A DNA stretch of 64,000 nt, from contig NC_058383.1 in assembly GCF_018350175.1 (NCBI RefSeq), positions 14,572,001-14,636,000 of the forward strand, given 5' to 3'. Every line of letters begins with the position of its first letter. Position 1 is the first letter of the stretch. The notes beneath the pieces are model-generated. The model was not told the DNA's origin. It worked only from the letters and a program-made list of their open reading frames with translations, and searched no databases. The stretch is from Felis catus (lineage: Eukaryota). The position numbers and the translations under genes were made by a program. Below, piece by piece: positions 24,240 through 35,179 of the stretch.

Positions 24240-25100
24240 TGCAGCCCGACAGCCGCAGGAGCAACAGCAGCAGTACAGGATGGGCTAGGACTCGGGGGCG
24301 GGGGGGGGGGGACGACGCTGAGCTGGATGCCCACCCCGCCCCCACACGCTCAGGGTTCAGGGTCACCCTGCCCAGCGGGCGGAGGGCCCTGGAGAGTCCT
24401 GCGGGGCGGCGGGCGGCGGCGGCGGCAGAGAGCACCGATCGCCGCTAGAGGGCGCCCCACGGCCGTCACCGGAGGACCCGAGACCAGCCGCCGAGAGCGC
24501 CCCGCTCCCTGAGCTCTGCCAAAGGGACCCCACCGCCCACGGCCTTGCCCTGCCTTCCCCCCATCAGCCCTCGCCCTCTGGGCCGCTTCAGCCAACCCAG
24601 CTCAGCCACTTCTCTGGTCCCTGGCACCTGGACGCCTCCTCCGTGCCGCCCTCCCTGCCACACCCCGTGGACTGATTATGGTTTCTGGTTGGTCCCAGAG
24701 GCTCCAGGCGAGGGTCTGGCCATCCGCCTTTCTGCCCACCGTGGGTTTGCACCTTTAGGGGCGACCCTAGGAAAACTGGGGGCCCGCGACCCGCAGGGTG
24801 GTAGGGAGAAGCGCGTCCCGCCCCCCCCCCCCCCCCCGCCCCCGGGTGCCGATGTGTCCAGGTTGTTGGTGTGGACAGAAGCCAGGGCCAGTAGGAGGAC
24901 CGCTTCCGGCCGGAGGCCGCCCTGGTGTGGCTGACCGGGAAAGCCAGGGTCGCGCAAGGAGCAGCCCCACCAGCCCAGCGTCCTCCTTGACTCCCAGGCA
25001 GGAAGACAAAGAGGGGGTGCTGGCAGAGGACCCCCTGGGGCAGGAGCCTGGAACTCCGCCAGCCCCGAGAAGGGCCTGCTGGGTCACCCCCGGCAGGTCC
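24240..25100. promoter_or_regulatory. Orphan CpG island-like GC-rich element
   Basis: Dense CpG/GGC repeats (GGCGGGCGGCGGCGGCGGC) and GC boxes; no associated recognisable gene or repeat. Confidence 0.65.
24442..24455 (+). promoter_or_regulatory. CTCF core motif CCGCTAGAGGGCGC
   Basis: Full match to the CCRSYAGRKGGCRS consensus, inside the CpG island. Confidence 0.6.
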
Positions 25101-25609
25101 CTCTGTCTCTCCGCTCTCCACACCTCATCTGTGGAGTCCTCGCTCCAGGATAGGATTTGCCAGGGGCCTGGGGACAAATCTATGAGGATGAGCTTTGTTC
25201 AGTAAAGGCCATCTAGGCGAAAAGGGAAGGTAGAAAAAAGGAAGCAAGGGAGAGAGAGAAGAATCCAAAAATCCAATGCTCGCCATGACCATGTGGACAA
25301 AACAGCAAATCTGGTATTTTCCTTGGTGCCAACTGGCGTTGTGATACCCTGTCCCCCCAGGAACCTCACTGCCTGCCTCTCAGTCCACCCAGTGCCCTGC
25401 CCTGCCCTGCCCTTCCCTTCCCTCAATACCATGTTCTCAGAGCTTCCAGAGACAACCTTGATGGAGGAGGGAACAGAGTGACCCCGCGTGCCCCCTCCCA
25501 TCTTCGTCTCTGACACGGGGTCCCTGGGCCTCAGTTTCCCCATTTGCCAAAAAGGCTCCCTGATTTCTAAAGTTCCTTTCTGCTGGCTTTCAAGTAGCCA
25601 AATTGTCCA

Positions 25610-25790
25610 GATTCTCAGCCTTCCCTGGTTCAGATTACAACTGCCTGGGGAGCTTTAAAATATTATGGTCTGGGCGCTCCTCCTCACCCTCCCCATCCTG
25701 ATGTAATTGGTCTGCGGTAGAGCTCTGCATCAGTATTTTTTCAAAGTTCCCCAGATAATTAGAAAGTGCAGCAGAGTTGGGAACCTCTGG
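25610..25790. mobile_element. MER5A-like MITE
   Basis: cctggggagctttaaaa...ctgatgtaattggtctg...aagttccccagataatt...gttgggaacctctg. Confidence 0.7.
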
Positions 25791-26439
25791 CATCGAATTC
25801 CTGCTGAGAAATATTTGCATCCTCTTAGGAGACTCCTGGAAACTGCAAAGTCCCCACTCAACTCCTCCCTAATGGTTGAATAACAAGCATGCTCACGGGG
25901 ATGGAGTGATATTTGGGGACAGCCCCCCTCGAAGACTTGTGAGCCTCGTGGATAATAGGCGTGACAAGCAGAGAGCCTCTTTCTCTCTCTGTCCTGCCTC
26001 TCTGCACCTTTCCCCCCCTGCTTCCTGCCTGGTGCTAGCCCCCCCCCCCCACCCCCCACCGCCACACACACCCATCTGGTGGCAGTTGTGTTGACTGATT
26101 GGTAGAAGGTTCTGCCATCTGGGATGGCTTTCCTTGCAGTCTTTCTCCCCAGCTTCCATGCCGTCCTTCTCTAGGACAATGTCCCTCCTCACCCTCCAGA
26201 GGAAAGGACTCTTTTCCTTCCAAATGTCCACAGCCTGAGCTGGCATTCAGAATCCTACTGCTGAGGGTCAGGGGTTTGGACAGGAGAGCCCAAGGGAGGG
26301 GGTGATCTCTAACAGCGACATTCCCTGGGCCACATTTGGAGCAAACTCAACAGCATCCTCATTGTCTTGATTCAGACCATTCTGGGAAGCGAGATTCTGC
26401 AGCTTTCAGATTGTTGGGAAAAGCTGTAAGGGAAAAGGC

Positions 26440-26770
26440 AGGGTCAGGACTAGGGGGACCTGGTTCATGTCTTAGTTCTGCCATTAACTACTTGGTACAT
26501 GACCTTGAGCTTGGCACTTCTCTCTGAGCTTGTAAAATGAGATACTACCAACTATTCCTTTCAATGATGACTTTCTATGACTTCTGTGACTCTCCGTGGC
26601 ACATCCTGGATGCCAGAGAGAACAAAATGGTCTTATGGCAACAAACAGGAGCCGGTTGAAATTTATTCCATAATTACTTGAGCACCTCCTATGTTCAGGA
26701 CACTGGTGTAGGTGCTGGGAATATGGCAGTAAACTCGGTAAATCCCTTCCCTCCTGGAGCTGGCAGTGTG
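26440..26770. mobile_element. MIR fragment (26440-26590) and L2 fragment (26660-26770)
   Basis: ttctgccattaacta...gaccttgagc...gtaaaatgag; ttgagcacctcctatgttcaggacactggtgtaggtgctggga. Confidence 0.55.
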
Positions 26771-27039
26771 GAAGGAAGCCTGGCATTGGGTATGGGGGCC
26801 TCCCGTTGCACCTTTTACATCCTGGCAGGGGGAGGCACTGTAGGAGCCCCAGCAGTAGGGTTCTGTGGAGCCCACAGAAAATTCAGGGGAAGGTGCCCTG
26901 TCATAGGTTGTGGTTGAGGCAAATGAACTACTGGTAGGAGCTCCGAGCTATAGAGATATTGAGTAAAGAGCTTCCAGGCACAGAAGCCAGCAGTGAACCA
27001 AGAAATCTGTTACCAAAAGTGTGATTCTACAGTCTCGCT

Positions 27040-27486
27040 AAAGTCTAGTTGCTTTTTTGGGAGATTTTATCAGATTTTCCATACAGATAATCATGTCTTT
27101 TGCAAGTAAAGACATTCTAATCTGGATGCATTTTATTTATTTTTCTTGCCTTATTGCACTGGCCATGGCCTCCCCATACAAGACTGAATAGAACCAGTGA
27201 GAATGAACATTTTTTGTCTTGTTCCTGATATAAGCACAAAAACATTCTGTCTGATATCATTATGTCTGAATGTTAGCTGGGTTTTTTGTAGCTAGTGTTT
27301 ATCAGGTTGAGACGGTTCCCATAATTTTGGGGGCGCCTGGGTGGCTCAGTTGGTTGAGCATCTGACTTCAGCTCAGGTCAAGATCTCATGGTTTGTAAGT
27401 CTGAGCCCCGCATCAGGCTCTGTGCTGACAGCTCGGAGCCGGGAGCCTCCTTCAGATTCTGTGTCTCCCTCTCTCCCTGCCTCTCC

Positions 27487-27517
<31 letters not shown>

Positions 27518-29400
27518 AAAAATAAATAAACATTAAAAAAATTTTTTAAAGAATGGATTTTGGGTTTTGTCACATGCTTTCTCTGCATCTATTTAAATCA
27601 TTTTACATTTTTCTTTTTTAGTTTGTTATTATGATGACATTTATATTGATGGATTGATTTTTAAATGATAAACCAAGCTTGCATTCCTGGAATAAACCTC
27701 TGTCAATTATGGTGTGTTATTCTTTTTATATGTTATTGAATTTTATTTCCTAATGTTTTATTAAAATTTTTTGCATATAGGGGTGCCTGAGTGGCTCAGT
27801 CGGTTGAGCGTCTGACTTCGGCTCAGGTCACGATCTCACAGTTCGTGGGTTCGAGCCCCTCAACGGGCTCTGTGCTGACAGCTCAGAGCCTGGAGCCTGC
27901 CTCGGATTCTGTGTCTCCCTCTCTCTCTGCCCTTAACCCACTCGCATTCTATCTCTATCTCTCAAAAATAAACATTAAAAAAATTTTTTTTAACTGTTTG
28001 TATGTAAATTAATGAGGGATATTGGTTTGTAGTTTTTTTTTTCTTTTGATGTTTTCTTCTGGTTTTAGTATTGGAATAATTATGGCCTCATAGAAAAGGT
28101 TCGGAATTTTTGTATCCTTTTTAATTTTCTGAAAGAGTTTGTGTGGGTTTGATATTAATACCTCTTCAAATGTTTGGTAAAATTTACTGCTGAAGCCATC
28201 TGAGGCTGGAGTTTCCTTGATGGGAAGATGTTTAGCTAAAGACTCACCCTTTCTTTTTTTTTTTTTTTTTTTTTTCAACGTTTATTTATTTTTGGGACAG
28301 AGAGAGACAGAGCATGAACGGGGGAGGGGCAGACAGAGAGGGAGACACAGAATCGGAAACAGGCTCCAGGCTCTGAGCCATCAGCCCAGAGCCCGACGCG
28401 GGGCTCGAACTCCCGTACCGCGAGATCGTGACCTAGCTGAAGTCGGACGCTTAACCGACTGCGCCACCCAGGCGCCCCAAGACTCACCCTTTCAATACTT
28501 ATGAAAATCTGTAGTGATATCATCGTTTCATTCCTGATACTGACTATTTGTGTCCTTCTTTCTTCTTTTCCTTCTCGGTCTGATGAAAAGTTGTCAATTT
28601 TACTAATCATCTCTCCCCAAACCAGCTTTTGGTTTCATTTATTTCCTTCACTATTTTTCTGTTTTTGTCTTCATTCATTTTCACTTTCATTCATGAACCT
28701 CATTAATTTTCCTGCCTGATCTTTATTATTTCCTTCTGCTTTAAGAACGACTTTACTGTAGTAAGGTAGATATACGGAGTATGTCTGCTGGTGACAAATT
28801 CGTTCAGCTTTGGTGCATCCGAACACTCTTTACTGTGTCTTTGTCTTTGAAAGATATTTTCCCTGCATAAAAAATTCCAGGTGAGCAGATCCTTCCTTTC
28901 AGCATTTTAAATATATTTCTTCAAGCACTCCTACGTTGTTTCCTGATATCTACACTCACTGTCAGTTTGATTCTTTATACGTGATATCTTTCCCCACCTC
29001 CTGGATGTTTAACTCTCTTTGTCACTAGATTTAAGCAATATATTGTAATATATTACAGATATAATATATATTGTATATATAATTGTCTTCATATTTCTTG
29101 TGCTTGGAGTTCATTGGACTTCTTGGATCTATGGTTTGTAGTTTTTGTCAAATTTGGGAAAGCGTTAGACATTATTCCTTCACGTATAATTTTCTACTGG
29201 ATGCCCGAGATTGTGAATTTTACCCTGTTAGTTGTTGGATAGTTTTGTATTACTAACAAAATTTTTGAACTTTTCTCTGGAATACACTTGATTGCCTAGG
29301 AAGAGTGAACGTTTCGGTCTTGCTTTTTTGTTAGGCACCAAATCAGCATTTTAGTCTTGGGTTAACTTTCCCCATGAGTGAGCCAAGACCTTGCTTAGTA
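27040..29400 (-). mobile_element. Degenerate L1 (ORF2 and upstream remnants) carrying SINEs at 27329-27549 (+), 27780-27992 (+), 28254-28478 (-)
   Basis: Antisense ORF2 motifs; the track ORF at 28009-28278 contains a DGFSSKFYQTFEEVL..LFQKI..PNLFYEA.I..ILKP L1 ORF2 remnant. Confidence 0.85.
28254..28478 (-). mobile_element. Young Can-SINE (SINEC_Fc type)
   Basis: Perfect 15-bp TSD aagactcaccctttc, pure A tail, CpGs intact. Confidence 0.95.
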
Positions 29401-29402
29401 CT

Positions 29403-30096
29403 TTTATTGGGTTGAATAATGTCCCCCCTCCCAATATTCATGTCAACCTGGGAACCTCAAAATATGACATTATTTGGAAATAGAGTCTTGACAGATGTCA
29501 GTAGTTAAGATGCCATCACGGCGAATTGAGGCGGGTCCTGAATCCAAAGACTGGTGTCTTTATAAGAAGAGGAAACAGGGGCACCTGGGTGGCTCAGTCC
29601 GTTGAGCACCCGGCTCTTGATTTCGGCTCAGGTCATGATCTCACGTTCGTGGGTTTGAGCACCACTTGGGGCTCCAAGCTAGCAGTGTGAAACCTGCTTG
29701 GGATTCTCTCTCCCTCGCTCTCTGACCCTCCCCAGCGGGCGCACACATGTGCACACGCTTTCTCTCCCTCTCTCTCAAAATAAATAAAGAAAATGTAAAG
29801 AAAAAAAAGAGGAAACAGGCACAGGAATGATAGCCATGTGGAGGCAGAAGGAGAAAGCAGGAGTGATACAGATTGAAGCCAAGGATTGACAAGGCGTGCC
29901 GGAAGCCCCAGAATCTAGAAAGAGGTGAGGGAGCATTTCCCCTTCGAGACTTCGGAGGGAGCATACCCACCCCACCCCCCGCCAACATCATTATATCAGA
30001 CTTCCAGCTGCCGGAGCTGTGAGGGAATAGATTTCTTTTGTGTTAAGCCACGCAGTTTGTGGTCATTTGTTACAGCAACCCTAAAACACTAATACG
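29403..30096 (+). mobile_element. MaLR solo LTR (MLT1C-like) with a Can-SINE at 29578-29808
   Basis: gggttgaataatgtcccc...ttatttggaaatag...ttaagccacgcagtttgtggtcatttgttacagcaaccct...ctaatac; 5-bp TSD GTACT at 29398-29402 and 30097-30101. Confidence 0.85.
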
Positions 30097-31061
30097 GTAC
30101 TTTCACTGATGTTCATAATTGAATTGTGAGGTTTCTACGCTGGATTTGGGAACAGGCATTATCTGAGCTGTTTTCTCTCCCAGAATCTGATAGAGTCCTT
30201 AACGCACATTTGATGGTCAGCGACCGGATCCTGCAGGAAATGCTCTGCAGGCCCTGAGTCCTCTGTGTGCACCTGTTACCTCTCCAATCCTCCACCTGTA
30301 ACCTCCGCCACTCGGCCGTCTCCGAGTGTCCAGCTCCAATTTTTCAAACCAGGAAGCTCGCCAGCCTCTGGCTGATGTCCAGTGTCTCGCCGAGCTTCGT
30401 ACGTTTGTCCTTTTGTCTGATTTTGTCACGATTTCATGTGGGGTGATCAGTCCTGCTTACTCCATTTTGTCTCATATATTTTTTTTGTTGATCAGGGAAG
30501 AGCTTTTCCTGTCTTCAGTAGGGAGCTCACTTGTCATGTGGGCTTAAGATTTTTTAAATGTATATTTGTTATTTTTTTATTACGTAAATTTTAATTACTG
30601 TTGTTCCCTCCTCCATATCTTTAAAGTTTTTAGACGTATAGAAATATTGAAAAGAAGTAGTGAAATGAACACATGTATATCCTCGATCTAAATTCAGTAA
30701 TTATTAACATTTTCCCACCTTTGCTTTCTCTTTTCAGTTCTCTCCCTCCCACCCACCTCTCTCCCAATGTGACTACTAACTCATAATTTTTTATTCATTG
30801 TGTTAAAAGCAATCGTGGTTTCTCTTCTCTTTTTGAGGTTCAGATCATTCCAGATTTGGCCAGTGGCATCCCCTTCCTGCTGAACTCTGATGGATCTCCA
30901 CTATTCTTTGAAATTTGCTTAATTACTGGCACAAGTATATGTCCCAGATTCACTCTGTATTTTCTGAGCCCAGCTCTAGAATCAACCCAGTTCTTTCTGG
31001 TGGCTTTTCGAAACCAAGCTCTGGTCACCAGGTGTCCTCATGGCTGTAAGAGTGTCTTTTC

Positions 31062-31513
31062 AGCCGTCAAAAAGAATGAAATCTTGCCGTTTGCAACAAG
31101 GTGGATGGAGCTAGAGTGTATTATGTCAAGCGAAAGAAGTCAGAGAAAGACAAATACCGCATGATTTTACTCGTATGTGGAATTTAAGAAACAAAACAGA
31201 TGAACGTATGGGAGAGGCAGAAAAAGAGAGGGAAACAAACCATGAGAGACTCTTAAATACAGAGAACATACTGAGGGCTGCTGGAGGGGAGATAGGTGGG
31301 GGATGGGCTAGCTGGGTGATGGGCATTAAGGAGAACACTTGTGAGGAGCACTGAGTGTCGTATGTAAGTGATGCACCACTGACTTCTACTCCTGAAACCC
31401 ATACTGCACTGTATGTGAACTAACTAGAATTTAAATAAAAATTCAGAAAAAAAAAAAGAATACCATAGTACCAGGATAAGCAAAAAAAAAAAAAAAAAAA
31501 AAGAAAAAGAAAA
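31062..31513 (+). mobile_element. 5'-truncated carnivore L1 with a double poly-A tail
   Basis: aaaaagaatgaaatcttgccgtttgcaac...; TSD aagagtgtcttttc / aaaagcgtcttttc. Confidence 0.9.
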
Positions 31514-32299
31514 AAAAGCGTCTTTTCTTCTATGTCCTTTCTGTGGAAACAGCCAGGGAATATGTTAAAGTGAAAAGTCATGAGTTCATTGACATGCCCA
31601 TTTCAAAATAATCATTACAGAGTTTTGGTCCACTATTGCATTGCACAGTAGTTTTAGTTGTTTATGTCTTTGTGAAACGAGTATTACATTCTAAAAGCAC
31701 ATTCTTAAACTTTTACTTCTGTAATTCCAAGTTAGGAAAAAATCTGTAGGCGTTTTCTCCTTTTATGTAAAACGGGGAGAAAAGTATCTTTTCTTAACCG
31801 GCGCCCTTCCCATCTCTTGTTAGGTCTTCATTAATTTCATCTTAGAGTCAGACAGAAGTAGATTTAAATCAAGGATCTGCTGTTTCCTGGATTTGGCTCA
31901 CCTTGAGAAAGATAGCTAAACTCTCTAAACCCCCCTAGCTTTGCCGCCATATCAGGATTAATAATAAAATCTGTTTTATACGGTGATTCTTAGGATTCGA
32001 TGAGATAATAAAACTATTTAGCCAAGTGCTCATAGTGATCATTATTAATGTTATTATATTTTGCTACTCATTTTGCGATATATGTCTCTTTCGATTTGGG
32101 GGGTTGAGGCTAACACTTACTCTATAGTATTTGCCACAATAATTTAGCGCCAGCTCTATTAAACTTTTCTGGGCTTCGCCACTGGTCCCTTTATGGGACA
32201 AGCTCTTCATTTTTGAGCGAGTAAGTTTGAGGTCTGTCTCAGGTTGTCCAAATACAATCTGATTGCTTTAAAATGTACGTATGTTTACATTATTTCTGG

Positions 32300-32516
32300 T
32301 ACAGTAAACACTAGCCACGTGTGACTATGTAAATTTCAATTCAGAATAACTAAAATTAAAGAAACAATTTAGTTTCTTAGTATAATTTAATACAGTTCTT
32401 GATTGGCACTGGCCACATTTTGAGTCCTTGATAGCCACATATGACTTACGGCTTCTGTATTGGACGCTACAGATAGAGAACATTCTCATCATAGAAAAGT
32501 CTGTCAGAAAGCACTG
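32300..32516. mobile_element. hAT-Charlie MITE (MER33/MER3-like)
   Basis: actagccacgtgtgact...gcactggccacatttt...tagccacatatg...gtattggac...gaacatt. Confidence 0.7.
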
Positions 32517-32603
32517 ATATAGACAATACTATATTGTTTTCTGATACCTAGAGGTTCTTAGAACAGTCCAATTTTACGTTCCTGTGGAGATAAATCACCT
32601 TTC

Positions 32604-32831
32604 TTTTTTTTTTTTTTTTTAATTTTTTTTTTCAACGTTTATTTTTGGGACAGAGAGAGACAGAGCATGAACGGGGGAGGGGCAGAGAGAGAGGGAGACA
32701 CAGAATCGGAAACAGGCTCCAGGCTCTGAGCCATTAGCCCAGAGCCTGACGCGGGGCTCGAACTCACGGACGGCGAAATCGTGACCTGGCTGAAGTTGGA
32801 CGCTTAACCGACTGCGCCACCCAGGCGCCCC
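32604..32831 (-). mobile_element. Young Can-SINE (SINEC_Fc type)
   Basis: TSD tcacctttc, long A tail. Confidence 0.95.
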
Positions 32832-34229
32832 TCACCTTTCTTTTTTTATTACTTATTTGAAGACTTATAAGACTTTTTCCTTTATCCTTGAAATTCAAAA
32901 AAGAGAAGCCCTTTCGTTCGTTAGCACAGTAAATTTTTTTCCACTGCTTAATTTAATAAAAGTACACCAGTGATATGTGAATGTAATCATGGTGTGCGTT
33001 TATGAAATTTTAAACAAAGTCAATATTTTCTAATTGAAATAAAACATGAAATGCCGAAGTGTATGGAATTAAAAATTAAACCTCCTTCATTACCCCAACT
33101 CTTCTCCCCAGGGGGAATTACTGTTAATAATTTGGTATACATCCTTAGGCATGCTTTATGTAAGTAGATATTCACAAGTTAAAAGCGTGTAATTGAGACG
33201 TTTTCCATTAATTGGCTGACACAGCATTTACTGTTCTATAACCTGCGTTTTTCACATAACAATATTTATTAGAAATCTTTTTGTATCTATTCTATTTTTT
33301 CTAAGGCTGGGGAAAATGCCCTCCTGCTGAACATTTGAATTTCAATTTTTTTTTTCTTTTCTAAAAATGTCATGATGTATATCTTTAACATCTGCCCACC
33401 AGATGTCTAAAAGCCAGTGGAAGCACTGGTTGAATAATACATACATTCACATTTTTTTTTTTGCCTCCCCAAAAGACTTCTCCAGTTGATAGCTCTATGA
33501 ACAATATAGGAAGATATCAATGATACAGTTTTCCACACTGCCGTTAACACTGGAGAGTATGATTTACCATTTGTTTTCGGTAAATTATATGGTAAGACTT
33601 AACTCCCATATTGTCTTAATTGGGTGGGACCAACTTACAAAGTTATTCTGAAAAGAGTCCTTTATATTCTCTGAATATTGACCCAAGGACTCCTCTTCTC
33701 TGCACATGGGACGCGTAGCTTAGGGTCTCTCCATGTCCATCTAGCGATATACATTCTCTTCCCCTACAGCTTTCTCCCCAATCTCTGGTGTTTGGACTCC
33801 TCCTGCGTCTACTTGGCCACCGATATAACCTCCCTCCCATCCTCTGAACACTTGTCAAAACCACAGGGTCTCTGATGACCTTTCTCTATTGCTGATGACA
33901 TCTGACTGGACTCTGAAGGTAGGAGGGAAGGAGACATGGGTCCTCTATTTTTGTGATTAATTATCAAGGTTCCTGTCTATACAGGAATATTTAAATAAAA
34001 TATATTGTACATACTTTGAACATGGTTTTTGCACATTATTTCACAAATATTTATAAGCATTAAATGTTCTACATCTTTAAGAGCTGCATTATAATCCACT
34101 GTATGGATATTTCATAATTTATTTCATAAACTCACTATTGACACATATAAACTGCTTCCCAAACTTTTATATCAAAAATAAGTGTGATGAATATTTTTGT
34201 AACAAGAAGTGAAATAGTTGGGTTAAACA

Positions 34230-34500
34230 TATATATATATATATATACAGTAATATATACATATTAGTATATATATTATATACTATATGTTAGTATACTA
34301 CATATATACCATATTTACATACTATATATTAGTATATATATTAGCATATATACTAATATATTATATAATATATATTATATATACTATATATATTAAGATT
34401 TTATATATATTAAGATTTTATTATATATATTTATATAATATATTTATTTTATATTTATTTATTATATATATTTATATATATTAAGATTTTATTTTTAAGT
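34230..34500. repeat. AT-rich low-complexity/(TA)n tract, followed by SINEs at 34482-34583 and 34705-34912 (both -)
   Basis: Read directly from sequence. Confidence 0.85.
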
Positions 34501-35179
34501 AATCTCTACACCCAACATGGGGTTCAAATTTACAGCCCTGAGATCAAGAGTCACATGTTCTACTGACTGAGCCAGCCAGGCCCATCCTTGATGGGCATAT
34601 ATTAATTTAAGGCCAAAGACAGCAAGTTTTCTCTAGATATACTATACCAATTTATGATCTCCTCAGTGATGTATGAGGTCCTAAAGAATTTTCCTATATA
34701 TATATTTTTTTAAATATTTACTTCTTTCGAGAAAGAGAGAATGTCCACACACGGGAGCACACGTGCAGGGGAAGGGCAGAGAGAGAGAGGGGGACAGAGG
34801 GTCTGAAGCACTGACAGCACAGATCCCAATGGGGGGCTTGAACCCATGAACCTTGAGATCGTGACCTGAGCTGAAGTCAGATGCTTGACTGATTCAGCCA
34901 CCCAGACACCCCTTTCCAATGTTTTCTTACTTAAAGTTTATTACTTAACCTTTTACAGAGAAGATTATGTATGAGCCATTTAAAATTAATGTTTTTAATG
35001 GTGTGAAGTAGGACTTCTTACACTTTTTAAAAATTTTGTAAATAGTGAAATTGAATAATCATGCAAAAAGTTTATAAAACATAAATAGGTTTCTTATTAC
35101 TACCAAATGAACATTGTGTGGTTTCTCACTTAGAGAAAAAGAATATAAACAGCACCCCAGGCCTAGCTAAACCAAGGCC

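Noticed and set aside
24183..25205. Cluster of 100-177 aa ORFs in the CpG island
   Set aside because: G/P/R/A-rich ORFs in multiple frames on both strands are expected from GC content; no splice or homology support.
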